Notes under the pieces: model-generated
What the model was told of the DNA's origin: nothing
What the model saw: only the letters and a program-made list of their open reading frames with translations
The model's database searches: none
From: Isurus oxyrinchus
Lineage: Eukaryota
Reading direction: 5' to 3'
Assembly (NCBI GenBank): GCA_026770705.1
Contig: JANJGN010000011.1
Location: 111,414,001 to 111,478,000, forward strand
DNA: 64,000 bases
Shown here: piece after piece, positions 37,105 through 49,605 of the stretch
Layout: every line of letters begins with the position of its first letter
Numbering within the stretch: position 1 is the stretch's first letter
Translations under genes and position numbers: made by a program

Positions 37105-37143
37105 AGTTCTGTCGAAGGGTCATGAGGACTCGAAACGTCAACT
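37105..37143 (+). ncRNA. Minimal type-I hammerhead ribozyme-like motif in the pLTR
   Basis: AGTT CTGTCGA A GGGTC atgag GACTC GAAAC GTC AACT; predicted cleavage after C37139. Confidence 0.65.
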
Positions 37144-37944
37144 CTTTTCTTCTCCGCCGATGCTGCCAGACCTGCTGAGTTTTTCCAGGTAATTCTGTTT
37201 TTGTATTGCTGGTACAAATCTGACTGCAGCTATTTTTAAAATCTCTTAGGCAGGATTGACAAGAGTGACATACTTGCATGGCGTTTGTGGTGTTGGGGAG
37301 TTCTGAATCCACCTGCACGCCAGAGCAGGACAAATACTATAAATAATTTTGGCAGTATTTTCTGGGCAAATTTCTATTTCTGTCAGGGAATGTGTGGCAA
37401 GGGGTGGGGAATGATACAACTTTGCTGCTGCAGGTTGTGGGTGTCTGCAATCACACAGTCATGCTGACTGACAGCTGAACAGAGAAATATTTTTAAAAAT
37501 AAATTAAATTTCAAAGTCAGAGGAATATAATTGATTATTCCACAATTGATTACACTTCCTTTAGGGGAAATTACATTTTAAACTTCCTCCTCCATCCATC
37601 AGCATAACACTGGATACCATCCTGATATTCCTTGTGTCCAGCATTGTTATGAACCTAATGGCAGGAACTATGCCATAAGGTGTTTTCCCATGGTTAACTG
37701 CATGAATACCTTGCCCATATTTGCTTGGGTGCATTTAATGGTAGCTATCGCTTCTGGCTGAAATATCTTAGAATTGGGAGGAACTAGTATGGTGCAAGTG
37801 GAAGAATGGATCCATTAATATTTTTCCACTACCATTTGACACTAACCCGGGCTGACAAGGAGGGGACGGTCATTCCTTTTAGTTCTTGTAATTGATTTAA
37901 AGGGGCCACAACAAAGCCAAGATAAGGCAATAGTCCTCAATGTC

Positions 37945-38755
37945 TGCCACAGTCATCTGCAAATGTGCTTTTTTGCTTCTGTGTCAGAAGATTGTGGGTT
38001 TCAATCCCACCCAAGGAGCAGAATTTTGTTATCGGTGTGTGGGGGCAGGCCCGACACGCCGACGCGTAAAATGACACGCGATGACAGCCTATTAAAAAGT
38101 AATTAAACTTGTTAAGAATGCTGCCCGTCCAACCTTAAGGCTGCCGGGCAGGCTAAAAGCCCAAGCAGCCTTTGCATTTTTCAGGAAACCTCATCCACGG
38201 GTGAGATGAGGTTTCCTGAAAGTTTTATAAAATAATTTAATACATTTTCCAAACTTCACAAACATGTCCCAGCTCATGTGATACTGTCACATGAGGGGAC
38301 ATGTTTAAATAAATTTGCTTTATTTATTGAAAACTTCTATAATCCATTCAATCTCCCTGAGGCATCTACTGGCTGCACGTTACGCTGGCCAGGCCTTAAT
38401 TGGCTGGCCTGCGTAAAATGGCAGTGCGCAGCCGATCGCGGGTGGCGATCGGCTCCACGCCCAGCAATCGGCTCCGCGCTCGCCCCTGTCTGCTCCCGCC
38501 CAGCCTTCCTGCCATGGGAAAAATTCTCCCCACAATCTAGGCTGAGACTAAATGCAGCTAAATTCTTCCTCTTGGGGGAGATTTAAAAAGTAGAATGGTA
38601 CTACTTGTAGAAAAGCAGGAAGTTCTCCTGCTAACCTAGCCAACATAAAACCCTCAACCCAAACAGTGGCCAATCAACTCATTACTTTCTGTCAGATCCT
38701 GCTTTGCACAAATTAAATGTTACATTTTCTTACTTAACAATGGTGAGGCACTGCA
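37945..38755 (+). mobile_element. Deu-domain SINE split by a MITE
   Basis: Head gtcagaagattgtgggtttcaatcccac (to 38015), continuing as acaatctaggctgagac at 38532, then agcaggaagttctcc...ccctcaacc. Confidence 0.65.
38016..38530. mobile_element. Harbinger-derived MITE
   Basis: gagcagaatttt ... aaaattctccc; both subtermini resemble element A ends. Confidence 0.85.
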
Positions 38756-38765
38756 CAAAGACAAT

Positions 38766-38893
38766 GGGCAGGATTTTCTGGCCCCACCTGCCACTGGAAT
38801 CATCTGGTCCTGCTGAAACTTAATGGACTTTTGGCTGGGCTGCCGAATCTCCCGCGGTGGGTACCATTACAGTGAAGCCAGAAAATCCTGGCC
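38766..38893. mobile_element. 128-bp Harbinger-type MITE
   Basis: TIRs gggcaggattttctggc / gccagaaaatcctggcc (16/17 match). Confidence 0.85.
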
Positions 38894-38971
38894 AGTGTCA
38901 GTGTTTTTCTCTTCTGTTACTCACTATATATTTGAGGTTTTTCAAATCATTAAGTAACAATGAAGTTGAAA

Positions 38972-39432
38972 GAAATAACTTATATTAATATGGCATATTT
39001 AATGACCTCTAGACCTCCCATGTTTCACAGTCAATTAAGTACTTTTGAAATGTAGTTATTGTTGTAATGTAGGAAGTATTAAACCCGCACATAACCAGAC
39101 CATTCAAACATCAATCAGCTAAATGATCAGATTGGATTGAATGTGATAGTATTTTTACTGGTGTTCATTCAAAGATTAGTTTTGGCCAGGACACCAGAAG
39201 AACTTCCCTGCTCTCTTTTGAATACTACCATGAGACTTTTTTCTGTCTAATTGAGAGGGTAGATGGGGCCTCAGTTTAACATTTCATCTAAAAGAGAGCA
39301 CCTCTAACTGTGCCATGTTCCCTTGGTATTGCATTCAAGTGTCAGCCCAGATTATCTAGTCAAGTTTCTGGAATAGGTCTTGAAACCCCAATCTTCTGCC
39401 TTGAAGGCATGAGTGCTACTGCTGAGCTAAGC
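38972..39432 (-). mobile_element. Near full-length Deu-domain SINE (SacSINE1-like)
   Basis: tRNA-like head at ~39360-39432, Deu-like core (ggccaggacacc...ggggcctcagtttaacatttcatc...gcacctct), L2-like tail at ~38972. Confidence 0.8.
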
Positions 39433-39815
39433 ACAACTTCAAGTAATGCGCATCTGTAAAAGATCTCAATTTCCAATGTTTTCTGCATACATATAACAAA
39501 AAGGAAATGATTACTATTTTCCTGATTTCAAGATTGCAATGTAAGGACTCCTACAGAATAGAAATACAATTAAAACACGATAAAACCAGTTACCTACTGC
39601 CCAATTTAAGTGTCACAGGAACAATAGTCTCAGACTCTATCCCGTAATCAGCCACAGAACACTTGCTCAGTAATAGCCGGAAGATACTGAGCTGCTGGCA
39701 CACCCTGCCAAGTAGGTTGGCTCAGCAAATAGCTTTTAGAACATATCTGTCTGAAGAACTTGTCTGGTCCTTTCTGTAATTAACTGAACTCCCTCAGGTG
39801 AAATTGAGCCACTAA

Positions 39816-40530
39816 GGGCTGAATTTTCCCAGTATGCTCACGTTCCTGAAATAGGCCTCAATTCCAGGTGGGGAACTCAGAAGTTGCCATGGCAGGATGC
39901 TGGTCACCATGTTCCAAGAGGTGGCCAAATAAAAAGTCACCTCTGGGAGCCACATCCAATTAAGGATGGTAAGCAAACCAGGGAACATGAAAGATCAATC
40001 AGAAGGCCTGCAGCAATGTCCACCAGGAGAGGTGGACACTGCCAATGTAGAGAAGAGAATACAAGGGTGCCTCAAGATGAAGGCGCCCTCTGAAGAGTTA
40101 TAAAATTGTAAAAACATGAGCATGGCCACTATTGCCAGGCCATCAATCCGCAGGGGGAAACTGCTCCACAGGATGACCTGTGGCCTCAGCTGTAGACCTC
40201 TCATACCCACAACTCCAGGAACGGGGAGATTGAAAGAAGGCAACGATGGCTCCTTGGCCTGCTGCAGGGAGGACGCCTGCAGGCAAGTGCCGGACCTTGG
40301 CCTCAGTGGGTGGGGGGCCGATCTGCCATTGGGAAGATCCTGTTGGCTTCACCAATTTTCCCCTATGTGGGCATTTAATTAACCACCTACCAGTGCTGGT
40401 TAGACTGCACCTCCGGCAAGAAGGCTTGCAGGTGGATTTGCACTGGGAGCTGTCCCCATGTGAGATTCTCTAATTTTTCTCCCAGTCCCAGCTCTAAGCC
40501 TGACTCCACACAACTTGGAAAATTCAGCCC
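39816..40530. mobile_element. 715-bp Harbinger-type MITE
   Basis: Perfect 14-bp TIR gggctgaattttcc / ggaaaattcagccc with TAA on both sides. Confidence 0.92.
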
Positions 40531-41438
40531 TAAATGATTTTGTTGGGCTTCATCCAGACTTAATTAGTAAAGAAAAGCTGATCAGAATTGAGTCTGGATT
40601 TGATCATTGAGATGTCACTATTGTTGGAATGTTATCTCAATCTAAGCCATTCTATTATTACTTGGGTGCCAAATTTACAATAAAAAAATTCTACAGGAAA
40701 TTATATGTCACAGGTTTAAAGCACAGATTTGTTATTTGCCATATTTCAGGAAGGGAGAAACATAAGCCTGAGTTTTCACTCCTGAGGCAGGTGCGCAGAG
40801 TTGGGAAATTTCCCAGCTTGTCCACACCATCCTCAGCAAAAGTTCCTGAAGTAATTGGATCGTTGTTCTGTGGCAGGAATTGGCGTTGGGGGACGGGGGT
40901 TGGTGGAGGTGTGGGAGGGTTAGGCTAGCCCTCACACCTCACTCCCTCCAACTCTCTATGACCCATCAATGCCAACATTTGCCCCACCCATCTCCATAAC
41001 CTCTCATGCCCTCCAGCCATCATATGTCCCTCTACACATGCACCAAAGTTTCTTATAGCCCTATGCAAACTTGGTGTCAACTCAAGAAACCCCACTCAAA
41101 CATTTGCCCTTACACCTTCCATGCCAACTCACCCAGTATCCACCATAGGTAAACCTCAGAAGTCATGCTGAGATGAAAAAACAATCTCTAAGGGCAGAAT
41201 TTTACCCTTGGCGGGGAGCTCAGGGGCAGGTGGAGGTAGTCAGAAAGCTGACCACGATTGGCATCACACCATGATTTTACGTGGGCAGGCCAATTAAGGT
41301 GCAGCCTGTGAATATGCATACAAAGAGGTAGACGGGGGCTTAATGTCCGCCGGGTCCAAAGGCGACCAAGCGGCGTATTCAAATGTGGCCTCGGCAGCCC
41401 CTGGAAGGCTGCCACCGAAAGACGCGGAAGCCCTGTGC

Positions 41439-43266
41439 ATGGAGACCATAGTGGGTGGATACGGCAGGCGGGAGGGCAGGTCGGTGGAGCAGCTGGCTTC
41501 ACATTTCTCATATGATTACCTTGCTGCCTTCCTGGAGGAAGTGGCAGTGAGGGGAGAAACACTTGCTTCCAAGGGCGGGAGGAGGAGGCCCCCCCACCCC
41601 CGCCTCACCAAAAAGGCCTGGGAGGAGATGGCCTTCCAGGGTCAGTAGCCACGACATGGTGAGGCACACATGGGCCCAGTGCCGGAAGCGCTTTCACGAT
41701 CTCCTGCAATCGGGAAGGGTGAGTACCGTGTGGGCATGGCGCACCGCACAATAGGTAAGAGCTGCCCATCCCCCCCATGGACCTCAGAGGTGATAGAGCA
41801 TGAGTGGCAAATGTCAATGAGGCAGGAACTGGCCAAGGGGGTGAGACCTGGCTGCTTGGACTGAGTGCCTTGTGGCTCCAGGGTCACGAATGTGCTGAGA
41901 TTCAGGTGGGGTTGGCCAGGCTGAAATGGCACTGCAGGTAGAGGGTACAATGCTCCTCTATCCTTCCAGGAGAAAACACCCCATTACAATGCAGAGAGAT
42001 CGCGGACTGGTGGGGGGCCCCATACCTAATCCTCAGTTGATACAAGCAGGAGGCCCTGGAGCTGCAGACACACCATGCACCTCGGTCAAGTGGCCACGGT
42101 GAGGTTGGGCTGCTCAAGGGAGGTAAGGTTACAGTGCACTGAGGTAAGAATGTGGATTTTTGCAACTATTCCAGTGTAGTCTCTTTATTGATGTGAGCGT
42201 CAAACCTGGAATGCCCATTGATAATGGAAAGCCAAGGACACTATGATGCAGATCTGTCTCATCAGGGTGCCAGGCATGCAAACTGACAGATTAATGACAT
42301 GTCCTTCTTCTCCCTTTTAGGCTTACCAGCGCATTCTGAGGAGCCTGAAGGCCCACTCCTGACCTGAGGACCAGCATGCTGAGCAAACACCAGTGTCACA
42401 CCCTCTGTCAAGCAGGCACCAGCATAGATACCAGCACCTCGGTGGGCATAAGATCGGCGTCGAGCATCTTGGTGCACATTGTCAAAGGAAATTCACGCTC
42501 ACTTGAGGTGCAGGTGGAGGCAGAGAGTGCCCAGGACACTGGCAGTCAGAGAACTGCTGGAGACCAGGAAAATGCTCAATCGATGGCTAAAGATGGACGT
42601 CTGGAGTCGCCCATAAGGCAGCAGATGCTGGATGTCCAGCAGGGTGTGTGGAAGGATCTGGCAGAGATACATGAGGGTATGTGTGCCATAGAATCCATTG
42701 TGGAGTCGTCCATGTGGAACATAAGCAATGTGCTGACCCTCATGGCCGAGTGCACAGCTTCCTCCATGGAGAGAGTGGCAACTCTCATGGAGAGGCACCT
42801 CCAGAAACTCAATCAGGGAATCTTGGGAACGCGCTCGGACCTGCCAATCCTCACACCGGCAATGACCTCAGCTGGTCAGTGTCAGAGTGGAAGATTGATT
42901 GGGCACCCAGTATCTCAGCTTGGTGCCAGTCCATCAATAGTGAGCAGAGAGGTCCAGAAGGACCTCACGTTGGTGCACAAGCTGCCTGTCATCTCTGTGG
43001 GCTGCTCTGGATGATGGCAGCAGTTCCCTCGTCCCTGTCCCAGTGACTGTGGCATCTGATGATGCTGTGGTGACTGGGAGATGCCAGCCATGGCACCAGC
43101 TGCTCCCTCCCAGGCGGGGCTAGCACAGGCTCCACAATCCAGAGCCCGCCAAAGTCAACAAGGCCAACAGGACAGCAGAGTGAACAGGATGTCTCCAATG
43201 CCGGTGCCAGCGAGGGGGAAACACCTAGGCAGAGCACTCGCAAGCAAAAACTTAAAAGCACTTTAA
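41439..43266 (+). pseudogene. Three-exon Myb/SANT-like gene of element C
   Basis: Exon 1 41439-41718 (FSYDYLAAFLEEV..LTKKAWEEMA..RHTWAQCRKRFHDLLQSGR|gtgagt), exon 2 41970-42122 (cag|EKTPHYNAERSRTGGG..|gtaagg), exon 3 42321-43266 (coiled-coil-like, basic end). Disabled. Confidence 0.9.
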
Positions 43267-43600
43267 GCATAACACAGCCTGATCATGGGTGACATTTGTT
43301 TCCCCCATTTTTCTGTTTTTTTAAATGGTGTGACGTAAAACACTGGTCAATGTTGATTTCTGCTATGCTTGTCAGTCAGCAGTAAATGAGATTTTTTTTT
43401 TGCAACTGACCTCTGGATGCTTCATTTGCTCTGTTGATGCAGAATAGGCCATGATGTTATAATGGATGCATGACTCCTTAAAGTTTATTGCAATGGCACA
43501 TAGTGTGTGTTGTATGTTATTGACCAAAGAACTGGTCCTGTCATGGATCGATCATGGAGCCTGCAGCCGTGGCATGTGATGGAGGTTCTTATTTGGCTGG

Positions 43601-44825
43601 CTAGCTGAAGGAGCATTGGATAAAAGCGTCCCAGGTGTCCCTGCCTCCCTGGAGGTTGCGCAGGTCAGTGTCTATGCCTTCAATATCCTCCTGAGCATGC
43701 TCGTCTTTGGACTCACTATTGGAATCATCGTCTATTGCCTGTGCAGCTGCGTCAAGATCTTCTTCCTCCACTGCATCCCCCCTTTCCAGTGCCAGTTTGT
43801 GGAGAGTGCAGCATGCAACCACTATCAACGACACATGATCTGGGGGGTACTGGACTGTGCCCCCTGAATGGTCCAGGCATTGAAAGTGCATCTTGAGAAT
43901 ACTGATGGTTCTCTCTTCCATTGTCCTTGTGTTTGCATGGCTCCTGTTGTACCACTGCTCAGCCTCTGTTCTTGGATGGCGGAGAGGCATCATGAGCCAC
44001 CTTCTGAGGGGATAGCCCTTGTCACCCAGCAGCCACCCATCCAGCTGGGCTGGAGCACTGAGGAGCCTCAGGACTTGGGATTGTCTCAGGATGTAGGCAT
44101 CATGGGAGCTGCCTGGTTACCTTGCATAGACTTGCAAAATCTGCATCCTGTGATCACACACTATCTGCACCTTCATGGAATGGAATCCCTTCCTATTAAC
44201 AAAGGCAGTGGGCTCATCCACTGGGGCCTTGATGGCCACATGTGTACAGTCGATTGCACCCTAGATGCTGGGGAACCTAGCAATCGCTGTAAAGCCTCTG
44301 GCTCACTCTGTCTGGCCTCACTGATACATTAATGAATGAAAATCAATGGACGCCTGAAGAAAACATCTGTCATCAGCTTGACGCAACTGTGGACAGCTGA
44401 TTGGGAGACTCCACACAGATTGCCCACCAATCCTGGAAAGAGCCCGAGGCAAAGAAATTTAGGGCCCCTGTGACCTTCAGCGCCACTGACATGGGTTGTC
44501 CACCCGCACAGTCAGAACTGATCTCAGGGCTGATCCTCTGACAGATGGAGGTCACTGTCTCCCTTGAGAAATGGAGCCTCCTTCTTCATTGCACCTCAGG
44601 CATATTGAGGCAACTGCTTCGCCACCTGTAAACCCTGGCAGTAGGATAATGGCATTGTCTGTGGCCTCATCCTTCCTATTGGCCCAGCGCCCCTTGTGCC
44701 TGTACTTCTCTTCCCACAGGTTGCTCGACTGGAACTTGAATAGGGACACCTTACATCCTCCCCTTTCTGGCCTTCTCTTCCTCTTTAGAGGTGCCTCCAG
44801 CAGAGACCACAATCCCCATTTCCAT
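43601..44825 (-). pseudogene. Harbinger DDE transposase of element C, frameshifted
   Basis: [54 protein letters not shown]; AATAAA on minus at ~43484. Confidence 0.92.
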
Positions 44826-46074
44826 GGTAAAGGAAGGCTGTCTAATACCTGGAAGGCCCCACACGATGTGAATTCTCCAGGGGCCTGGAGGACAACACTA
44901 AGTCCTGGGTTAAAGCCTCCAAATGCTCTGAATGCAGCTCTGAAGTGAAATGATGCTGTCCTGTTCACAGAAGCAAGCAGCAGCAAGTGATATCCAAAAC
45001 TACTCACTAATCGCTTAGTCAAGTCCACTGACCCCTCTTATCCTGCCCGTGGATGAGATTTTGCAAATTGTGGCCTGCCCGCCTGCCTGTTTTGTCCATG
45101 CGATGGCCTGAATATTCCATGGGCTACATAAAGTCGGAGATAATTGGTCTCTCAAGGGTGTTAATTGGCCATTTAATTAATGGCAGGTGCGCCTCTGTCT
45201 TCATCATGCAACTGCCTAGCAAAATAATGTGAGAGTGTGCGTTGTCATGGGTGCGCTTGGCCTATATCAACGTGCTTTATCTCACGCTCAGGTGTGTCGG
45301 GCGCACGCCTGCATGCCAAGGGTAAAATTCTGCTTTAAGTATCTAATACAGACTTCACGATATATAAAGAAAAACACTCTAATTGATAAAACTCCTCCAT
45401 TCAATACACTGAAATCTCCTCAAGTATTTAATTCTCTATAAAATGAACAGTTGTATTCATAGCCCCAGAGCTAATTCCATAATTATCTCTTGGGGCTGTC
45501 AATCAAGTTGTCAACCTACAGCCCCCCACTATGATAATGAAAGGAGATGGAGGCAGTCAGGCAGCAGTAATACTATAATGATAACCCTGAAGGTGATGTC
45601 AATAAAACCTATTGAAACTGCAAGCACTATTTTTCCTTCAACTCAGACACAGCAGGCTGTTTTTATTTCCCCAGCATTTAAAGGGCAGGGGATTTAAATA
45701 ACTTGCCAGTTCCAAGGAACTTATCCACCTTTCATGAGAATTCACATCTACCCTTAAAAATCATTAGCCACACATTGCAGGAAACTGACCTCACTCCAAT
45801 GAGTTCAAACGGCTCTTCCAGGTTCGAGTTTTCCCCCATGTCTGAGCCACATCCTGCCTCCTTTTCCCTACTGGCAAAAATAGGATCTGTCACTAAAGGT
45901 TGTGGGGCTTCCGGATCTGGAGTCCCATTGCCATTTTGGACAAGGCATGGAGTCTCCACGAATCTGCAAAATTACGGGCAATAATCTATAGAACTTAACT
46001 AGCTTTTTCTCTTTTCTGCAATTTTCACAGAGCAGAGGTGCAAACCTAGCTTCATAGCTTCTGGGGAAAGTATG

Positions 46075-46690
46075 CACCTGAATAGTTATGATATAGCAGT
46101 GATGAGGGATTACAGTTAAGTGCAGGGAATAGAGAAGATAAATGTTCTCCTTAGAGCAAAAACATTTGAGGGGAGATTTAATAAAGGTCTTCAAAATGAT
46201 GAGGGGCTGTGACAGAGTAAATAAGGAGAAATTGTTTATGCTGGTAGGAGGGTGCATAACCTAAGGATACAGATATAACATAATTTGTAATAGAACCAGA
46301 GGAGAGATAAGGATAAATATTTTACACAGTGAGCTGTAATGATCTGTAATGAACTGCCTGAAAGGGTGGAGGAAACAGATTCAATAACAACAAGAATTTA
46401 TATTTATATTGTGACTTTAATGTCATAAAATGTCCCAAGGCATTTCAAAGGAAACATAAAACGAAGTATGACAGCCATATAAGGAGATATTAGGTTAAAT
46501 GACAAAATCTTGGTGGGCTTAATAATAATTTTATTAATGGGAACTGGATACATTCTTGAAAAGGAGAAATTTGTAAGTTTTTGGGGAAAGAGCAGGGGAG
46601 TGGAACTAATTGAATAGCTCTTCAAAAGTAGCCAGACAGGCACAATGGTCCTAATGGCCTCTGTCTATGCTATAAAATTCTATCATAATA
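46075..46690 (+). mobile_element. CR1 3' fragment containing an antisense L2 tail (46392-46525)
   Basis: LRGDLIKVFKMMRG motif and CR1 3' UTR; the insert atttatatt...aaaatgtcccaagg...ataaggagatattagg resembles a reversed L2 end. Confidence 0.75.
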
Positions 46691-47976
46691 GGATTTACTT
46701 TGCAAAACCTTACGCTAAGATGAAACCTCATGGTTCAAAAAAAATTGAAGGTAATTTAGCAATCCTTTAATAAGGTAGGCATAATTTTAGTTTGAAAATT
46801 CTTAAAGGGGGATGTATCCCTCCAATTATTTTCAATTGCAGTTGATTTTGCTCATGCCACGTGGTGTCTAAATCACTTTTTTCGAGTCGAGCACATCCTA
46901 CTTCCATTGGCAGGCTAGGATTGGGTTCTGTAATCCAGGTCCTTTTAAAGAGAATTCAAGTGTGACTAGGATGGGCCTGTACTTAAAATTGTGGGCCCTT
47001 TCTCTCCATAGTTCCATATCTGCTATAAGTCCACCTGGTAGTTACTACGTGCTACATGTTGTGTACGTGTATTACAGAATGTGTGGTTGTGTACAAATGT
47101 GGTTTCTGAGTTGATTTTGTAGGAGAGGCAGAAATGGGAGGAAGAGAGGATAAAACCAGGACAAGGGACAGCAAATTAAGTTACTAATATCCCTTTAATC
47201 CCTATTATCTTCTGCATGAATCAGCAGAGACAGGGCTATCTGTGCCACAGGTAAATTTTGCTTAGTCTTATCAATTTGGCATTGCAGTAGATCAGTACTG
47301 AGGTTATAGGGTTAGGGATTTGATCTAGCCTCAGAACATCTGTAGTAACCTGGAATAATGTTATTTGTTTTATATCAGCATAAGCACTTTGAGAACTTAA
47401 ATTTCTCTACGGAAATGAGACAAATAGAAAAAAGATGTTTCTGCTTCAATGCACACGTATCAAAGTAAACATACAAAGATCTATTGCATTTGAAATGATG
47501 GATTAGAATTCTGGGGCGATATAAGCTTATATTTCAGCAATGAAGCTTACAGATGTCTTGCTATTCAAAAGAATTTAAAATAAAGACTAAACATTGTGGT
47601 TTTTGTATGTTCCATATTTCCAAGAAAGAACAAACACACTGTTTGGGTAGTCTATACCTGGAAACTAAACACTGCATTTAAGTTCTTTCTGCCATGATTA
47701 CAATTCATTTATAACTCCAAAGTCTGGAGTACTTGTGGAAGAATTTCTGTAAGCTTGTCTCACTTTTCTTTGAATTCTGGTGTGTATAGACTATACACAT
47801 TAAATGAAACTTGTTTTGTGAATAGCAAAATCTATGAACAATTTGACAGCACTGTCAAATTAAGGTTGTCATGGTTTGAGAAAAGGAACCAGTATCAGTT
47901 TGCATCTCTTTTATCCTGTGCTTTTGGAAAGGAGGGTTGATTGATCAAACAATCATTCTTTACAGCCTGATTTAAA

Positions 47977-48164
47977 GGGATAATTATAACCCAGCCAGCC
48001 TGGTGAAACAGATAGAATCAAATAATGCCAGTTTCATACCCTGCCCAATTATTACCCTCTACTAACTTGAATGGAGAGTAAAATCAGGTGATATGTAAAT
48101 TCAGCATTGTAGCTAATCCCTTCAGTTTCCTGACCAATTGGAGGGTTAGGTTAAAATTGCCTCC
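47977..48164. mobile_element. Degenerate short MITE
   Basis: gggataattataaccc ... ggttaaaattgcctcc imperfect TIRs. Confidence 0.45.
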
Positions 48165-48367
48165 AATTATTTCTTTGTCTCTGCCGTCCCTCACTCCTGA
48201 CGTGTAATTGGGTAGACAGAAAAATATCCAATGTCAAAACTTGAAAAAAGAACTCAAGAGTTTTCCCCAATGACAAATAGTTATCCTGCAAACAACACCA
48301 ACAAACAAATTACCTAATTGACTCATATTGTTTATGGAAAGGCTGCGGGAGCTGCTGTGAAAACAGT

Positions 48368-49605
48368 GGCCTGGATTTTCAGTCCCCAGGTGGGTGCATA
48401 GAAATTGGGAAATTTTCTGACTTGCTAACCCACCTCAGGAGAAACGATCCTGAATGGCTGGATTTTCATAGCAGGGATAGGTGGGTGCATGCTGGAGTTG
48501 GGGCCCCACTACTCCTAGAAATGGTTTGGAGACAGCTGCAGGGGCTGCTGAGTGCTGAGGCGGGCAGGTTAAAATGCCTGCCTCAGTGCTCACGGACTTC
48601 ATCCCATCTGAAATTAAAATAGGTTGGCCCTCCAGCCTTCACTCCCATTCAACTCCCCCACCCACTCCCCATGCCCCATCCATGCCAAACCATGTCCCCA
48701 CCCAACCCAATGGATGTCTGGGCTCTCAGTCAAGCCTTATTTTGTTGAAACACTTGCACACCAGAGAAAATATATCTTGATTCACAGTTCAGGCTCTCTG
48801 ATCTCTGCTGTCAATTTCACAATGTTAACTGGACAACTTCTAGTGGTTTTAAGGGTTTGTGGTTTTTGTTATGGATACTTTAAAGGGTGTGGATGGTTGA
48901 CATGTTTATGGCTTGTAGTGAAATAACTTTTTTCAACTTAATAGAAAGCTATGAATGCATTATTTTATTCAAAGCTTTTTATAGAAAACGCATTCTACTG
49001 TCACTCTCTGGTTCATTAGTTCTACACAGTGTATAGGGGTCAATGGGCATGGAAGTGCCAAAGCTTGGCATGGGAGCCACAAGGGGCCGGGGGTGGAAGG
49101 GCAGAGCTTGGCATAGGAGACATGAGGGGGTATTGGGTTTGGTGGAACAGCAGGGCTTGGCATAGTGGGCATAAGGGGCCATGGAGAGTGACTGGTGGGG
49201 GCATGCCTTGGCATGGTGGCATGAAAAGGATCTTTTGAACTCATGCTTTAAAATGTCCCTTCATGCAGATTAGGGTTCATGACTCCTCTGATGGGCCGTG
49301 AACCACGCCACTTCAAAAACCTGGCCTGACTCCATGAAAATTGCAGAGGAGTAGGACATGTCTACCCCTGCAATGGGACCAGCCAGGTCAGGAGTGCCGA
49401 ATGTGGGCTTTTGACAAGAAGCAGTCCATACCCTTTAATGACAATCCCGAGAATCAGACAGCCTGGGAATGGGGTCAGGAATCCTGGAATAGGGGCAAGC
49501 CTACTATTTCTTGGATGGAAGTGTCACTGGCTTCCCACATCATACAGGAGGCGTAATCCACACAGCCAAGCTGCCCTGCCATGACTTACCTTTAAATTAC
49601 CCCCT
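48368..49605. mobile_element. Old non-autonomous Harbinger-type element
   Basis: Starts ggcctggattttc; contains ccatgcc/ggcatgg-rich blocks like those at 40930-41160 and 63040-63120; right end uncertain. Confidence 0.5.

Larger units (their letters stand above)
35754..37204 (+). mobile_element. Young 5'-truncated Penelope-like element (GIY-YIG) with inverted 5' pLTR end
   Basis: 14-bp TSD ATTGCTGGTACAAA at 35740-35753 and 37205-37218; 35793-35832 is the reverse complement of the 3' end; CpG-rich and ORF open. Confidence 0.95.
41192..45335. mobile_element. Full-length PIF/Harbinger transposon C (4.1 kb)
   Basis: TAA|gggcagaattttacccttggc ... gccaagggtaaaattctgctt|TAA (19/21 TIR match); Myb gene (+) and transposase (-) convergent. 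Confidence 0.95.
40766..45979. mobile_element. Older non-autonomous Harbinger-type element (40766-41191 + 45336-45979) hosting element C
   Basis: Degenerate ends gcctgagtttt / aaaattacgggc. The sequence across the insertion (gatgaaaaaa...tctaatacag) matches the uninterrupted copy at ~63130-63170. Confidence 0.65.
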
